Below, piece by piece: positions 8,851-18,213 of a stretch of DNA of 64,000 bases (within the stretch, counting starts at the first letter, position 1; each line of letters starts with the position of its first letter). The position numbers were made by a program, and so were the translations under genes. Below the pieces are notes generated by a model that was not told the origin of the DNA, ran no database searches, and saw only the letters and a list, made by a program, of their open reading frames with translations. The DNA is from Clostridia bacterium (GTDB lineage: Bacteria > Bacillota > Clostridia > Oscillospirales > CAG-272), in the NCBI GenBank assembly GCA_017453325.1, contig JAFTKK010000084.1, positions 2,204 to 66,203 of the forward strand, read 5' to 3'.

Positions 8851-8907
8851 ATTTACTCCAAAAAATACGCGGCGGGGTCACCCTCGCCGCGCATTTTATA
8901 AAATTGA

Positions 8908-9180
8908 TTATTGTACAGCGTCCTTCAGAGCCTTACCTGCGGAGAAGGTAGGAACCTTAGCAGCTGCAACCTCAATGGTTTCGCCGGTGCGGGGGTTACG
9001 TGCGGTTCTTGCTGCACGTGCCTTTACTGCAAAAGTGCCAAAGCCAACAAGCTGGATCTTATCGCCGGCTTTGAGCGCGTCCTTAATGGCCTCAACGGTA
9101 GCGTTCAGGGCTGCCTCGGCATCTTTCTTAGAAAGTTCGCTCTTCGCTGCAATCGCTTCAATCAGTTCTGCTTTGTTCAT
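8908..9180 (-). CDS. hup: DNA-binding protein HU
   Basis: Start taken at ATG 9180 ([11 protein letters not shown]...). The 90-aa sequence has [21 protein letters not shown]. Confidence 0.93.
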   Translation of the reverse strand: MNKAELIEAIAAKSELSKKDAEAALNATVEAIKDALKAGDKIQLVGFGTFAVKARAARTARNPRTGETIEVAAAKVPTFSAGKALKDAVQ

Positions 9181-9290
9181 AGGTGTATACATCCTTTCTG
9201 TTATGTTGGACAATCTGAGATGAACATCGTTCATCACTATCAGTATTCTATCACATTTTAGACAAAAAAGCAAGAGTATTTTTTAAAAAA

Positions 9291-10118
9291 TTAGCCATTT
9301 TTCTCACTTTTTTGCGCCTTTTTGACCTGTTCCCACAAAACATCCTTCTCACCGTCGCTCATGTCTGCAAGTGTGGCCCCTGCCCCAAGGGCCAAAGCCT
9401 CCACCCGAGAAAATCTGCCAACGAACTTATCGGTAGCGCGGGTCAGCGCCTCCTCCGGCTCCACGCCCGCCTTTCTTGCAAGATTGGCGGCGGTAAACAA
9501 GAGATCACCGATCTCCTCAAGCACGGCATTCGCATCCCCGCTATCAAGGGCTTCCCGCACCTCACTCAGCTCCTCACTCATCTTCTGCAGAACAGAGGCT
9601 GTGTTCGGAAAATCCATTTCCGCAGCTTTTTTGCCAACCTTGGCGGCTCGCATCAGGGCGGGCAGCTGACGCGGAATGGCGTTGAGCTTGTCGGTCGTGG
9701 TATTGCGGCTCTTTTCCTCGCTTTTAATGCTCTCCCAATTGGCAAGCACCTCACCGACACTATCGGCCTTACCCTCTCCGAAAACGTGAGGATGGCGATG
9801 GATCATCTTGCGGCACACGTCCCCTGCGATCTCCTCGAAGGTGGCGCGTCCCGCTTCCTCCTCGATGCGCGCGTGCATCACGATCTGCAGCAACGCGTCC
9901 CCCAGCTCCTCACGCAAGAGAGCCGGATCTTCGTTATCAATGGCCTCGATCACCTCGTAGGTCTCCTCGATGAAATCACGGCGCAGGGATTTGTGCGTCT
10001 GCTCCATATCCCACGGGCATCCGCCCGGCGAGCGAAGCAGCTCTACTATCGTAACCAGGTCTCCCGCATCATATGCGCTCTTTTTTAAAATCAAGTCCAT
10101 TTTTTCTTCTCTTGTCAT
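9291..10118 (-). CDS. mazG: nucleoside triphosphate pyrophosphohydrolase MazG
   Basis: Tandem MazG domains (CPWDMEQTHKSL, EEVGDLLF-type EExxE/D motifs). It occupies the yabN position. Confidence 0.88.
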   Translation of the reverse strand: MTREEKMDLILKKSAYDAGDLVTIVELLRSPGGCPWDMEQTHKSLRRDFIEETYEVIEAIDNEDPALLREELGDALLQIVMHARIEEEAGRATFEEIAGDVCRKMIHRHPHVFGEGKADSVGEVLANWESIKSEEKSRNTTTDKLNAIPRQLPALMRAAKVGKKAAEMDFPNTASVLQKMSEELSEVREALDSGDANAVLEEIGDLLFTAANLARKAGVEPEEALTRATDKFVGRFSRVEALALGAGATLADMSDGEKDVLWEQVKKAQKSEKNG

Positions 10119-11712
10119 ATTTTTTCACCTCTTGTAACAAGTTACATTTCTCAGACAACCGGCAAAGCACCTTGCCGCCGGGCAGTTCCAGCAGATCCTC
10201 CTTATAAACGGCACCAAGGACGGGAGCCAATAAAACGTAAAGCACACCAACCGCGAGGATCACAAGCGGCAGCTGCCACGGCGCACTCCCCATATGCTTG
10301 ATCAGCAAGCCGTATCCGACCGCCCCCGGCAGAGTGGCAAGGAGGGCAGCCGCAAGGGGGCGCAGCAGGCAGGTAGGGTCAAACAGGCGGTACGGCACGA
10401 CACGCGCGAGCACCAGCGCATTGATCAGCAAAACAGTCAGATTGCAAAAGAGCGTACTGACCGGTGCACCCATGATGGATACGGGCGGCAGGCTAAGCAG
10501 AAAAAACTCGCAAACAAGCTTTATGGCAGCGCCCGCCAGCATCGAAAGAACCGGCACAAACGGGCGCCCCACCGCCTGCAAAGCAGCCCCCGTCAAAGTG
10601 ATGAGCACCGCCGGCAGCAGCGCCGGTGCCAAGACCGACAGCAGCGGTGCCGCCACGCGAACGGCTGCCTCTTGCCCCGCATATAGTAAGCTTAAAATAG
10701 GATGAGCAAACAGCGCAAGACCCAGTATGGCCGGGAACACCACGGCACAGACCAACCGCTGCGCTTTCAAAAATGCCGCCTTGGCCCACGCAGCATCATC
10801 TGCCGCAAAGGCAGCAGAAAGCGTTGGGGTGAGCGAAAGCGTGACGGGGGCAAGCAAGGCGGGCACCAGGTTATACAGCGGAACCGCGAGATTGCCGTAG
10901 CTGCTATACATGGCGTTTGCCACGGTGGAAGCCACGCCACACGCCTGCAGTCTGCCCGAGATCAGCACGGTATCCACCAAGCTGACCAAGCTCATCACCG
11001 ATGCGCTGACCGTAACGGGCAGCGCCACCCGTATCATATCGCCAAGCACCTGCCGTCGCGCTGGCAGAACACAAGCCTCGCGCCAAAACAGACGCCGACG
11101 GTTGCAAAGGAGCATCAGGGCAAGGAAAAGGGCGGAAAGCGCCATGCCGACCGTGATACCAAAGACGGCAGCTGCTGCCACGTGCGGCGTGGCTGCGCCG
11201 CTTCTTTTGGCCATGAGTGCAAACAGGATGCCGAAGATCAGCTTTCCGACCGCCTCCGTGACCTCACAGATCGCCGTGGGCAACATATTATGGTGTCCCT
11301 GAAAAAGGCCGCGGACACCGCCGTTAAAGGCCGCAAGACAGAGCGCAGGGGCAATGGCCAGCAAGGCGGGCGCCGCCTCTGCCATGGCAAGCGCCTCGGC
11401 AATCGGCACGGCAAACACACAAAGCAAGGCCGTGCCAAGGAGCCCCATGCTCAAAAACACCCCCAGCGACACGCTGAAAATGCGCACCACCGCGCCGCGC
11501 TCTCCCGCCGCAATACTGCGGGAAACAAGAAGCGACAGCGCGGTGGGTAAGCCTGCGGCGGATAGAACAAACAGTAAGGAATACACGTGGTAGGCCGACA
11601 GGAAATATGCCATGCCGCCGACACCCACAATGGCGATCAGCGGTATTTTGTAGCCAAGGCCTATCAGCTTTGCCAGGAGCGTGGCAGGGGTCAGGATCAA
11701 GACCCCGCGCAT
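10069..11712 (-). CDS. spoVB: MOP-superfamily polysaccharide/lipid II flippase, stage V sporulation protein B-like
   Basis: About 547 aa with at least 12 TM segments. Start taken at ATG 11712 (MRGVLILTPATLLAKLIGLGYKIPL). It occupies the yabM/spoVB position upstream of mazG. Confidence 0.75.
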   Translation of the reverse strand: MRGVLILTPATLLAKLIGLGYKIPLIAIVGVGGMAYFLSAYHVYSLLFVLSAAGLPTALSLLVSRSIAAGERGAVVRIFSVSLGVFLSMGLLGTALLCVFAVPIAEALAMAEAAPALLAIAPALCLAAFNGGVRGLFQGHHNMLPTAICEVTEAVGKLIFGILFALMAKRSGAATPHVAAAAVFGITVGMALSALFLALMLLCNRRRLFWREACVLPARRQVLGDMIRVALPVTVSASVMSLVSLVDTVLISGRLQACGVASTVANAMYSSYGNLAVPLYNLVPALLAPVTLSLTPTLSAAFAADDAAWAKAAFLKAQRLVCAVVFPAILGLALFAHPILSLLYAGQEAAVRVAAPLLSVLAPALLPAVLITLTGAALQAVGRPFVPVLSMLAGAAIKLVCEFFLLSLPPVSIMGAPVSTLFCNLTVLLINALVLARVVPYRLFDPTCLLRPLAAALLATLPGAVGYGLLIKHMGSAPWQLPLVILAVGVLYVLLAPVLGAVYKEDLLELPGGKVLCRLSEKCNLLQEVKKYDKRRKNGLDFKKERI

Positions 11713-11780
11713 AAAGCGCTGCTCCTTTTCATTCTGCACACGTGCGGACAAGCGTATCACCCCCAACACGGGGACGCACA

Positions 11781-13268
11781 TCAAAAACCGCGTTCCCGAT
11801 AAAATGATACGATCTGATCGTGTTGCGCGGTGGGGACGCCCGCATCCAAATATTCATAAGGATATTTGGCGTTGAACAGGCGCGTGATCACGGTTTTTTT
11901 GCCACTTTCTGGTGCGGCATATTCCATGAGCTTGGTCACGGCACCTGCACCTGCGGCGAAAATGGAGTGGATCTCCTCCATCATGTAAATATTGTAAAGG
12001 CCCTCAAAGCCCTCCTTCGCAAAGCCGACGTTCTCATAATTGCCGACCATGTTCTTCTGTCGATACATATAGTAGGGCTTATATCCTGCATCGGCAGCGC
12101 GGATCTGCGAATAGTCCACGCATTTCCCCGCGTCTCCGCCGCGCAGATTATAAATTCTGTTATCCTGACGCAAGATCTCAGCCGCACGCTTCACGCAGAA
12201 GGTGTGAACCGTGATGTTCTCGGGATCAAGACGCAAGATTTCGTCAAACGTGGCAGAAAAGGAGGTAAAGCTGTCACCCGGCAAACCGACGATCAGATCG
12301 GTATTGATACACTCTATGCCGGAAGCTCTTGCAATATCATACGCGCGGTAAAAATCTTCTGCCGTGTGGAAACGTCCGACGCCGCGCAGCACCTCGTCAC
12401 AAAGGGTCTGCGGGTTGACACAAACACGCGTGACGCCAAAGGCCTTGGCAATAGCCATCTTTTCCGCGTCAATGGTGTCGGGACGACCGCTTTCCAGGGT
12501 AAACTCGCGCAGCGCCGACACATCCGTGCCCTCTGCCACCGTTTCAAGCAGCTCACGCAGCTGGGGGGCGGTCAGTATGGTAGGTGTACCGCCACCGATA
12601 TAAACCGTCACAACGCGAAGCCCCAGCTCGCGGATGAGACGGAACTTTTCGCGCAGCTCGGCACGAAGGAGCGCCAGATAATCGGGAATCAGCGACAAAG
12701 GACGCTTGGATGTATAGGAAACAAAGGAGCAATAGGAGCAGCGAGACGGGCAGAACGGAATGGAAATATATACGCTGCAATCGCGCGGATCGGGCACACC
12801 GATAATCTGTTGCTCGTAAAGAGCCACATCGGTGGCGAGCGCAGCCTTTTTGGGTATCACCAGATAATCCGAGGCCAGCATTTTTTTCACGCGCGTTTTA
12901 CTGTGCCCCTTGAGAAGCAGCTCGGTTGCCACCTTTGAGGGGCGTACACCCGTGAGCATCCCCCACGAGGGACGGTAATGCAAAAGCTCGCCCGCGGCCG
13001 TCAGGATCACGTGGCCGATGACCAGCTTGCGCTGGCGGTCTGCGGTCAGATCCTCGCGTCTGTCCCACGTTTTCTCCGCCGTAGCGCTCTTCCCGTCGCA
13101 GCAAATGGTTACCGCCGCGGTAATGCCCGCATCGGTCTCGCTGACCCTGAGATCAAGTGTGTGAGGATCCTCCTCACCCTCGCCGGAAAACTTTTCGCCG
13201 GGAAAAAAGATCATACAAAGCGTTTGCACGTAATAGGCATTGATATTTCCCTCGATGTGCAGCTTCAT
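11781..13268 (-). CDS. hemZ: radical SAM coproporphyrinogen dehydrogenase HemZ-like protein
   Basis: 495 aa with the CxxxCxxC motif (CPSRCSYCSF) and a HemZ-type N-terminus MKLHIEGNINAYYVQTLCMIFFPGEKF. Confidence 0.8.
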   Translation of the reverse strand: MKLHIEGNINAYYVQTLCMIFFPGEKFSGEGEEDPHTLDLRVSETDAGITAAVTICCDGKSATAEKTWDRREDLTADRQRKLVIGHVILTAAGELLHYRPSWGMLTGVRPSKVATELLLKGHSKTRVKKMLASDYLVIPKKAALATDVALYEQQIIGVPDPRDCSVYISIPFCPSRCSYCSFVSYTSKRPLSLIPDYLALLRAELREKFRLIRELGLRVVTVYIGGGTPTILTAPQLRELLETVAEGTDVSALREFTLESGRPDTIDAEKMAIAKAFGVTRVCVNPQTLCDEVLRGVGRFHTAEDFYRAYDIARASGIECINTDLIVGLPGDSFTSFSATFDEILRLDPENITVHTFCVKRAAEILRQDNRIYNLRGGDAGKCVDYSQIRAADAGYKPYYMYRQKNMVGNYENVGFAKEGFEGLYNIYMMEEIHSIFAAGAGAVTKLMEYAAPESGKKTVITRLFNAKYPYEYLDAGVPTAQHDQIVSFYRERGF

Positions 13269-13738
13269 ATCTTTTTCTCCTTTCCCTTATGTTGCAGCAC
13301 ACGGCTATCCATCACAATGGTCACGGGACCGTCTGCCTCCATAGATATTTGCATATGTGCGCCGAATTCACCCGTGGCCACCGACGATACCTCGCGTGCC
13401 ATCAGCTCGGCAAAATACAGGTAAAGCGACTGCGCTTCCGCGGGCGACGCCGCCTCAAAATAAGAGGGGCGATTGCCGTGTGCGTAATCCGCGAGCAACG
13501 TAAAATTGGAGACGACAAGCACGCCGCCCGCAACGTCACGCACGGAAAGATTCATTTTATCGGCCCCGTCCCGAAAAATACGGCAGGCGGCGATCTTTTT
13601 CACGAGCAACTCGGCATCGGCCGCGGTATCCTCGCGCGACACGCCAAGCAAAATCAAAAGGCCGTGTCCGATCTCGCCGACGGTGCTGCCCTCAACCAAA
13701 ACAGCAGCGCGATTGACGCGTTGTAATACTGCTATCAC
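13265..13738 (-). CDS. dtd: D-aminoacyl-tRNA deacylase
   Basis: 157 aa with MIAVLQRV...GLLILLGV and the SNFTL motif. It lies immediately downstream of relA, a common arrangement. Confidence 0.92.
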   Translation of the reverse strand: MIAVLQRVNRAAVLVEGSTVGEIGHGLLILLGVSREDTAADAELLVKKIAACRIFRDGADKMNLSVRDVAGGVLVVSNFTLLADYAHGNRPSYFEAASPAEAQSLYLYFAELMAREVSSVATGEFGAHMQISMEADGPVTIVMDSRVLQHKGKEKKI

Positions 13739-15957
13739 GAAAAACCTCTTTCGATATCGATCACATCCTTCAAGGACTTCAGACGGGAAACGATAGAATG
13801 ATAATGATCGACATTCTTACAGCTAATTTTCAAATTGACAATCAGGCGGCCATCGTTCTTCTTCTGGGTGTTGACCTGCAGCAAAAGAACCTTCATATCG
13901 GCCAAAGCCATGGTGATCTCGGCCAAGATCGTCAGACTACTGTAAGCATGAATTTGTACCAAAGCCTCGTAAACGTCGCTTGAAAATTCATGCTCGCCGC
14001 GCTCCCAATGCGCTTCGACCCAGCGGTCGGCATCCTCCGGCTTTTTCATGCCCGTTTCTACGTTGGGGCAATCCACCTTGTGAATGGAGATACCAAAGCC
14101 CTTGGTGATAAAGCCGATGACGTGATCGCCCGGCAGCGGATTGCAGCACTTGGCAAATTTGACCTGGCAGCCATGTGCGCCATCCACCACGATGCCGCTG
14201 TTGTGCTTCATATGACGCGGCTTTTCGGCCACGCGGATATCCTCTGCCACAAGCGGTGCCTTTTCCTCCTGCGGCTCGGGACGCACGACCTTATCGAATT
14301 CCTCACGCAGACGCGTGACGATCTTGGAAACCGTGGTACCGCCGTAGCCGATGGTATTGAAAAGATCCTCGGAGGAGGCATAGCCGGCGCGCTGGGCAGT
14401 AGCAGCAATGATCTCGGTGCGCTGCGCCTCGTTGGTGGGACGCCCAAATTTCTTGAGCTCCATTTCCACCGCCGCCTTGCCCACCGCAATATTATCGGTG
14501 CGCTTTTCCTTTTTGAACCATTGGCGGATCTTGCTGCGCGCCTGTCCCGTTTTGACGATGTTGAGCCAATCGCGGGAGGGGCCCTTGGAGGCGCCCGACG
14601 TAATGATCTCCACGATCTCGCCGTTTTGCGGCACGCGGTCGATCGGCACGATCATGCCGTTGATCTTGGCACCCGTCATTTTATTGCCCACCGCCGAGTG
14701 AATGGCGTAAGCAAAGTCGATCACGGTAGCGCCCTTGGTCAAGGTGATCACGTCACCCTTGGGGGTGAATACAAAGGTCTCGTCCTGGAACACGTCCGTC
14801 TTGAAGACGTCAATAAACTCGTCAGGGTCGCGGGTATCCTCCTCGCTCTCGAGCAAGCGGGAAACCCAAGCGAGCTTTTTATCCATCTCGGCGCGGCTCT
14901 CGGCACCGGATTTATACTTCCAATGCGCCGCGATACCGAACTCGGCGATCTCGTGCATCTCGTGGGTTCGGATCTGCACCTCAAAGGGGACGCCGAAGCG
15001 ACCGATAACCGTGGTATGCAGCGAACGGTAAAGATTGGGCTTGGGGGTGGAGATATAATCCTTAAAGCGACCGGGCATCGAATTATACATCTCGTGAATG
15101 AGGCCGAGAGCCGTATAGCACTCCAGCTCGGTATTCACGATAATGCGCAGCGCGTAAAAGTCATAGATCTCATCAAAGCTCTTATTTTGGGTATACATCT
15201 TTTTGTAGATGCTATATACCGATTTGATGCGCCCCTCGAGCGTAAAGGGAATGTTGTTTTCGCGCAGCTTTTCCCCTACCTGGCGGCGGATATGCTCCAC
15301 AAAGTCGGTATGGGTGCCGTATTTCTTTTCGATATCCTGCTTGACCTCGGTGTAGCCGTACGGGTCAAGATACATCAGGCTGAGATTTTCCAGCTCCTGC
15401 TTGATGCGCTGCATACCGAGACGGTGTGCAAGAGGCGCATAGATATGCATGGTCTCAAGGGCGGTGCTGCGTTGCTTGGCATCGGAGCGTGCGTCAAGCG
15501 TGCGCATATTGTGCAAGCGGTCACAAAGCTTGATAAAGATGACGCGCACATCCTTGGACATGGCAAGCAGCATTTTGCGCAGGGTCTCAATGTGAGCTTC
15601 CTCTTTGTTCTCGACCTCCAACAAAACGATCTTGGTCAGACCGTCCACGATCAGCGCAACATCCTTGCCAAAGCGTTTTTCAATCTCTTTAAGACTTGTT
15701 TTCTCGGCGCAATCCTCCACCGTATCGTGCAGGAGTGCGGCACAAATGGAATCGGAATCAAGACCAAGACCCGCCACAATCTCCGCCACGGCAATGGGGT
15801 GAGAGATATACGCGTCTCCGCTTTTTCTCCATTGACCCTCATGCAGCATGGCAGCATACTCATAAGCCGTGGTGATCTTGGCAATGTTATAATTATTGCC
15901 CGAGGAGGCTAAAATGTCAAACAGGCGTGTGATATCACTATAAGCAGCACTTGGCAT
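13735..15957 (-). CDS. relA: bifunctional (p)ppGpp synthetase/hydrolase
   Basis: 740 aa with an HD domain (HDTVED), a synthetase motif (DYISTPKPNLYRSLHT), and TGS and ACT domains. Confidence 0.95.
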   Translation of the reverse strand: MPSAAYSDITRLFDILASSGNNYNIAKITTAYEYAAMLHEGQWRKSGDAYISHPIAVAEIVAGLGLDSDSICAALLHDTVEDCAEKTSLKEIEKRFGKDVALIVDGLTKIVLLEVENKEEAHIETLRKMLLAMSKDVRVIFIKLCDRLHNMRTLDARSDAKQRSTALETMHIYAPLAHRLGMQRIKQELENLSLMYLDPYGYTEVKQDIEKKYGTHTDFVEHIRRQVGEKLRENNIPFTLEGRIKSVYSIYKKMYTQNKSFDEIYDFYALRIIVNTELECYTALGLIHEMYNSMPGRFKDYISTPKPNLYRSLHTTVIGRFGVPFEVQIRTHEMHEIAEFGIAAHWKYKSGAESRAEMDKKLAWVSRLLESEEDTRDPDEFIDVFKTDVFQDETFVFTPKGDVITLTKGATVIDFAYAIHSAVGNKMTGAKINGMIVPIDRVPQNGEIVEIITSGASKGPSRDWLNIVKTGQARSKIRQWFKKEKRTDNIAVGKAAVEMELKKFGRPTNEAQRTEIIAATAQRAGYASSEDLFNTIGYGGTTVSKIVTRLREEFDKVVRPEPQEEKAPLVAEDIRVAEKPRHMKHNSGIVVDGAHGCQVKFAKCCNPLPGDHVIGFITKGFGISIHKVDCPNVETGMKKPEDADRWVEAHWERGEHEFSSDVYEALVQIHAYSSLTILAEITMALADMKVLLLQVNTQKKNDGRLIVNLKISCKNVDHYHSIVSRLKSLKDVIDIERGFS

Positions 15958-15969
15958 GGTATCCTCCTT

Positions 15970-18162
15970 TCAAGCACGGTTGCGACATTGCGAGCGCAAT
16001 TTCTTCAAAATAGACGATTTTTCAATATTGGCCTTTTCGGCCTTGTAATAAATGTCAAAGCAATAGCCGTCTGGAGCATATTCCTCCACACCGCAGATCT
16101 GCAGCTCACGGAATATCTCCACGATATATTTCATGCAGGGATAGGTAATTTTGCGCGGTGCACCGATCCCGTTGAGCAACGCGAGCAGCTCGCCCTCGGT
16201 AAAGGTGGTTCTGCCTCGTCTGAATTCGCGGCGCAGCGTGGTGTAAACGTAGGCAAAAAGCTCACGGTCGGGCAGCACGTTTTCCTCTGCGTCAAAAAGC
16301 TCGCCCGCGCGCAGCTCGGCAAAGCGTTTTTTGCCGGCGTCGATCTCGTTTTGATAGCCCGCCGACGGACGCACGTGCTGGACGGTCAGCTGCACAGAGC
16401 GCACATCGCGGTATTCGTTGATCTCAAGCGAGCAGAGCAGATCAACGCGATCCCCCTCTCCAAAGGGCAGATCGGAGCGGGAGGTGGAAAACATCAGCGC
16501 ATGCAACGAGCGCCCGTCAGTGCCCACGGTCAGCTTGAGGTGCTTGCCGCCGCCAAGCTCGGCAATGCGCTCTACAGTCACATCGCATACGGCAAAGCGC
16601 GGCAAAGGATTGCCGATGCCAAAGGGCTCAAGCAAGGAAAGCTCCTCGGCCAAATGCATATTGATATCGGCAAAGGGGAGCTCCATGTCTACGTCGAGCT
16701 GCACGCCGTGTTCGGTTTCCCGATGCGCGGCAACGTATTCGTTGATACGGTCACGGAAGGCATCGACACGGTCACGGCGCACGGTAAGACCCGCCGCCAG
16801 CTCATGGCCGCCAAACTTCAGCAAAAGCTCCTCGCTATCGGCCAGCGCCTCCACCAAATTAACACCCTTGACGCTGCGGCCGGAGCCTTTACCCTGGTCC
16901 TGGGCGCTGCCGTCACCCGTGACGGCGCCGTCAAAGGTGATGAGGATGGAGGGCATGCCGTAGCGCTCGGTCACGCGCGAAGCCACGATACCGATCACGC
17001 CCTGGCGCCAATGGTCTGCCTCCAGCACCAAGACCTTGGTGCTCTCCAGGTCAAAATCCTCCTCGATACGGGCAAAAACCTCCTCCGCCATGCGGTTTTC
17101 CTCCACCTGGCGCTGGTGATTGATCTCGCAAAGCTCGGCTGCGAGGTGAGCAGCCCTTTTCGGGTTATCCGAAAGCAGCAGCTCCACGGCAAGCGACGCA
17201 TCACGCATACGCCCTGCGGCATTCAGCCTCGGAGCAAGCGTAAAGCCGATGAAGGAAGCCGTGATCTTTTTGCGTCGCGGCGTCTCTCCTGCAGATCGGT
17301 TCCCTGCCGAAGCCTCCTCAATGAGGGCGGCAAGCCCCGCACGCTTTGTGTGCTTCAGCTGCTCAATGCCGTATTTGACCATCACGCGGTTTTCGTCCAC
17401 GATAGGCATCACATCGGCGATGGTACCGATGGCCATGAGATCGGCATACTGTGCACAAATGCGGCGCACCGCATCCACCACACGCTCACCGCGCAGGGTG
17501 GCAAGATGACTTTCATAGGCCACGGCCAGCTTAAAGGCCACGCCGACGCCCGCCAATTCCTTAAAGGGATAGGGACAGTCGGGGCGGTGCGGATCCACAA
17601 CGGCAGCGGCCTCAGGCAAAGGCAGGCGGCACTCGTGGTGGTCGGTAATAATCATATCAATGCCACGGGCTGCAGCATAGCGCGCCTCCTCGTTGGCGGT
17701 AATACCCGTGTCTACGGTGAGGATACAGGTCACACCTTCCTCGGCCAGCCTGTCAATGGCGTTGGCCGATAAGCCGTAGCCCTCACCCGTGCGGCTGGGA
17801 ATGTAATATCCCACGTCGGCACCAAGGGCGGTAAGATACAAATACAGCAGACTGACCGAGGTAACGCCATCCACGTCGTAATCACCGTAAATGATCAGCT
17901 TTTCGTGGGCTTCAAGTGCACGGTGCAAACGCGCGACCGCCCGATCCATGTCGCGCATCAAAAAGGGATCGTGCAACACGGCATCGGTACAGTTGAAAAA
18001 GCGCGTGGCAGCATCGGCGGTGCAATAACCGCGGCGTGCAAGCAGCGTGGCCAAGGTGCGCGATATGCCAAGTGCCGCCACTAAGCCTTCTACATCCGCG
18101 TGCTCCGTGGCGGAGGGGGCGGTGATGGCCCACGTCTTTTCTTTTCTCTTGTTATCTGCCAT
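15970..18162 (-). CDS. recJ: single-stranded-DNA-specific exonuclease RecJ
   Basis: 730 aa with DHH motifs (GDYDVDGVTS, ITDHHE) and the DHHA1 motif GGHELAAG. Confidence 0.93.
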   Translation of the reverse strand: MADNKRKEKTWAITAPSATEHADVEGLVAALGISRTLATLLARRGYCTADAATRFFNCTDAVLHDPFLMRDMDRAVARLHRALEAHEKLIIYGDYDVDGVTSVSLLYLYLTALGADVGYYIPSRTGEGYGLSANAIDRLAEEGVTCILTVDTGITANEEARYAAARGIDMIITDHHECRLPLPEAAAVVDPHRPDCPYPFKELAGVGVAFKLAVAYESHLATLRGERVVDAVRRICAQYADLMAIGTIADVMPIVDENRVMVKYGIEQLKHTKRAGLAALIEEASAGNRSAGETPRRKKITASFIGFTLAPRLNAAGRMRDASLAVELLLSDNPKRAAHLAAELCEINHQRQVEENRMAEEVFARIEEDFDLESTKVLVLEADHWRQGVIGIVASRVTERYGMPSILITFDGAVTGDGSAQDQGKGSGRSVKGVNLVEALADSEELLLKFGGHELAAGLTVRRDRVDAFRDRINEYVAAHRETEHGVQLDVDMELPFADINMHLAEELSLLEPFGIGNPLPRFAVCDVTVERIAELGGGKHLKLTVGTDGRSLHALMFSTSRSDLPFGEGDRVDLLCSLEINEYRDVRSVQLTVQHVRPSAGYQNEIDAGKKRFAELRAGELFDAEENVLPDRELFAYVYTTLRREFRRGRTTFTEGELLALLNGIGAPRKITYPCMKYIVEIFRELQICGVEEYAPDGYCFDIYYKAEKANIEKSSILKKLRSQCRNRA

Positions 18163-18213
18163 GGCGGCTCCTTTCCCGATATCGCATATCGAAATTTAAA
18201 AAATAAAAATTGC

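Noticed and set aside
13990-15912. 640-aa ORF on the plus strand, antisense to relA. Similar very long antisense ORFs occur at 15988-17772 (recJ), 24363-26249 (tex), 27523-29328 (lacZ), 45940-47709 (aspartate kinase and HIT), 42195-43748 (DUF1015), 31498-32979 (mgtC pair), 60081-61475 (trpB) and 22695-24074 (msmK).
   Set aside because: Their translations are Arg/Gly/His/Ala-rich low-information sequences with no recognisable motifs. They lack RBSs and exactly mirror well-supported genes. Stop-poor antisense frames are an expected by-product of high GC3 codon usage.
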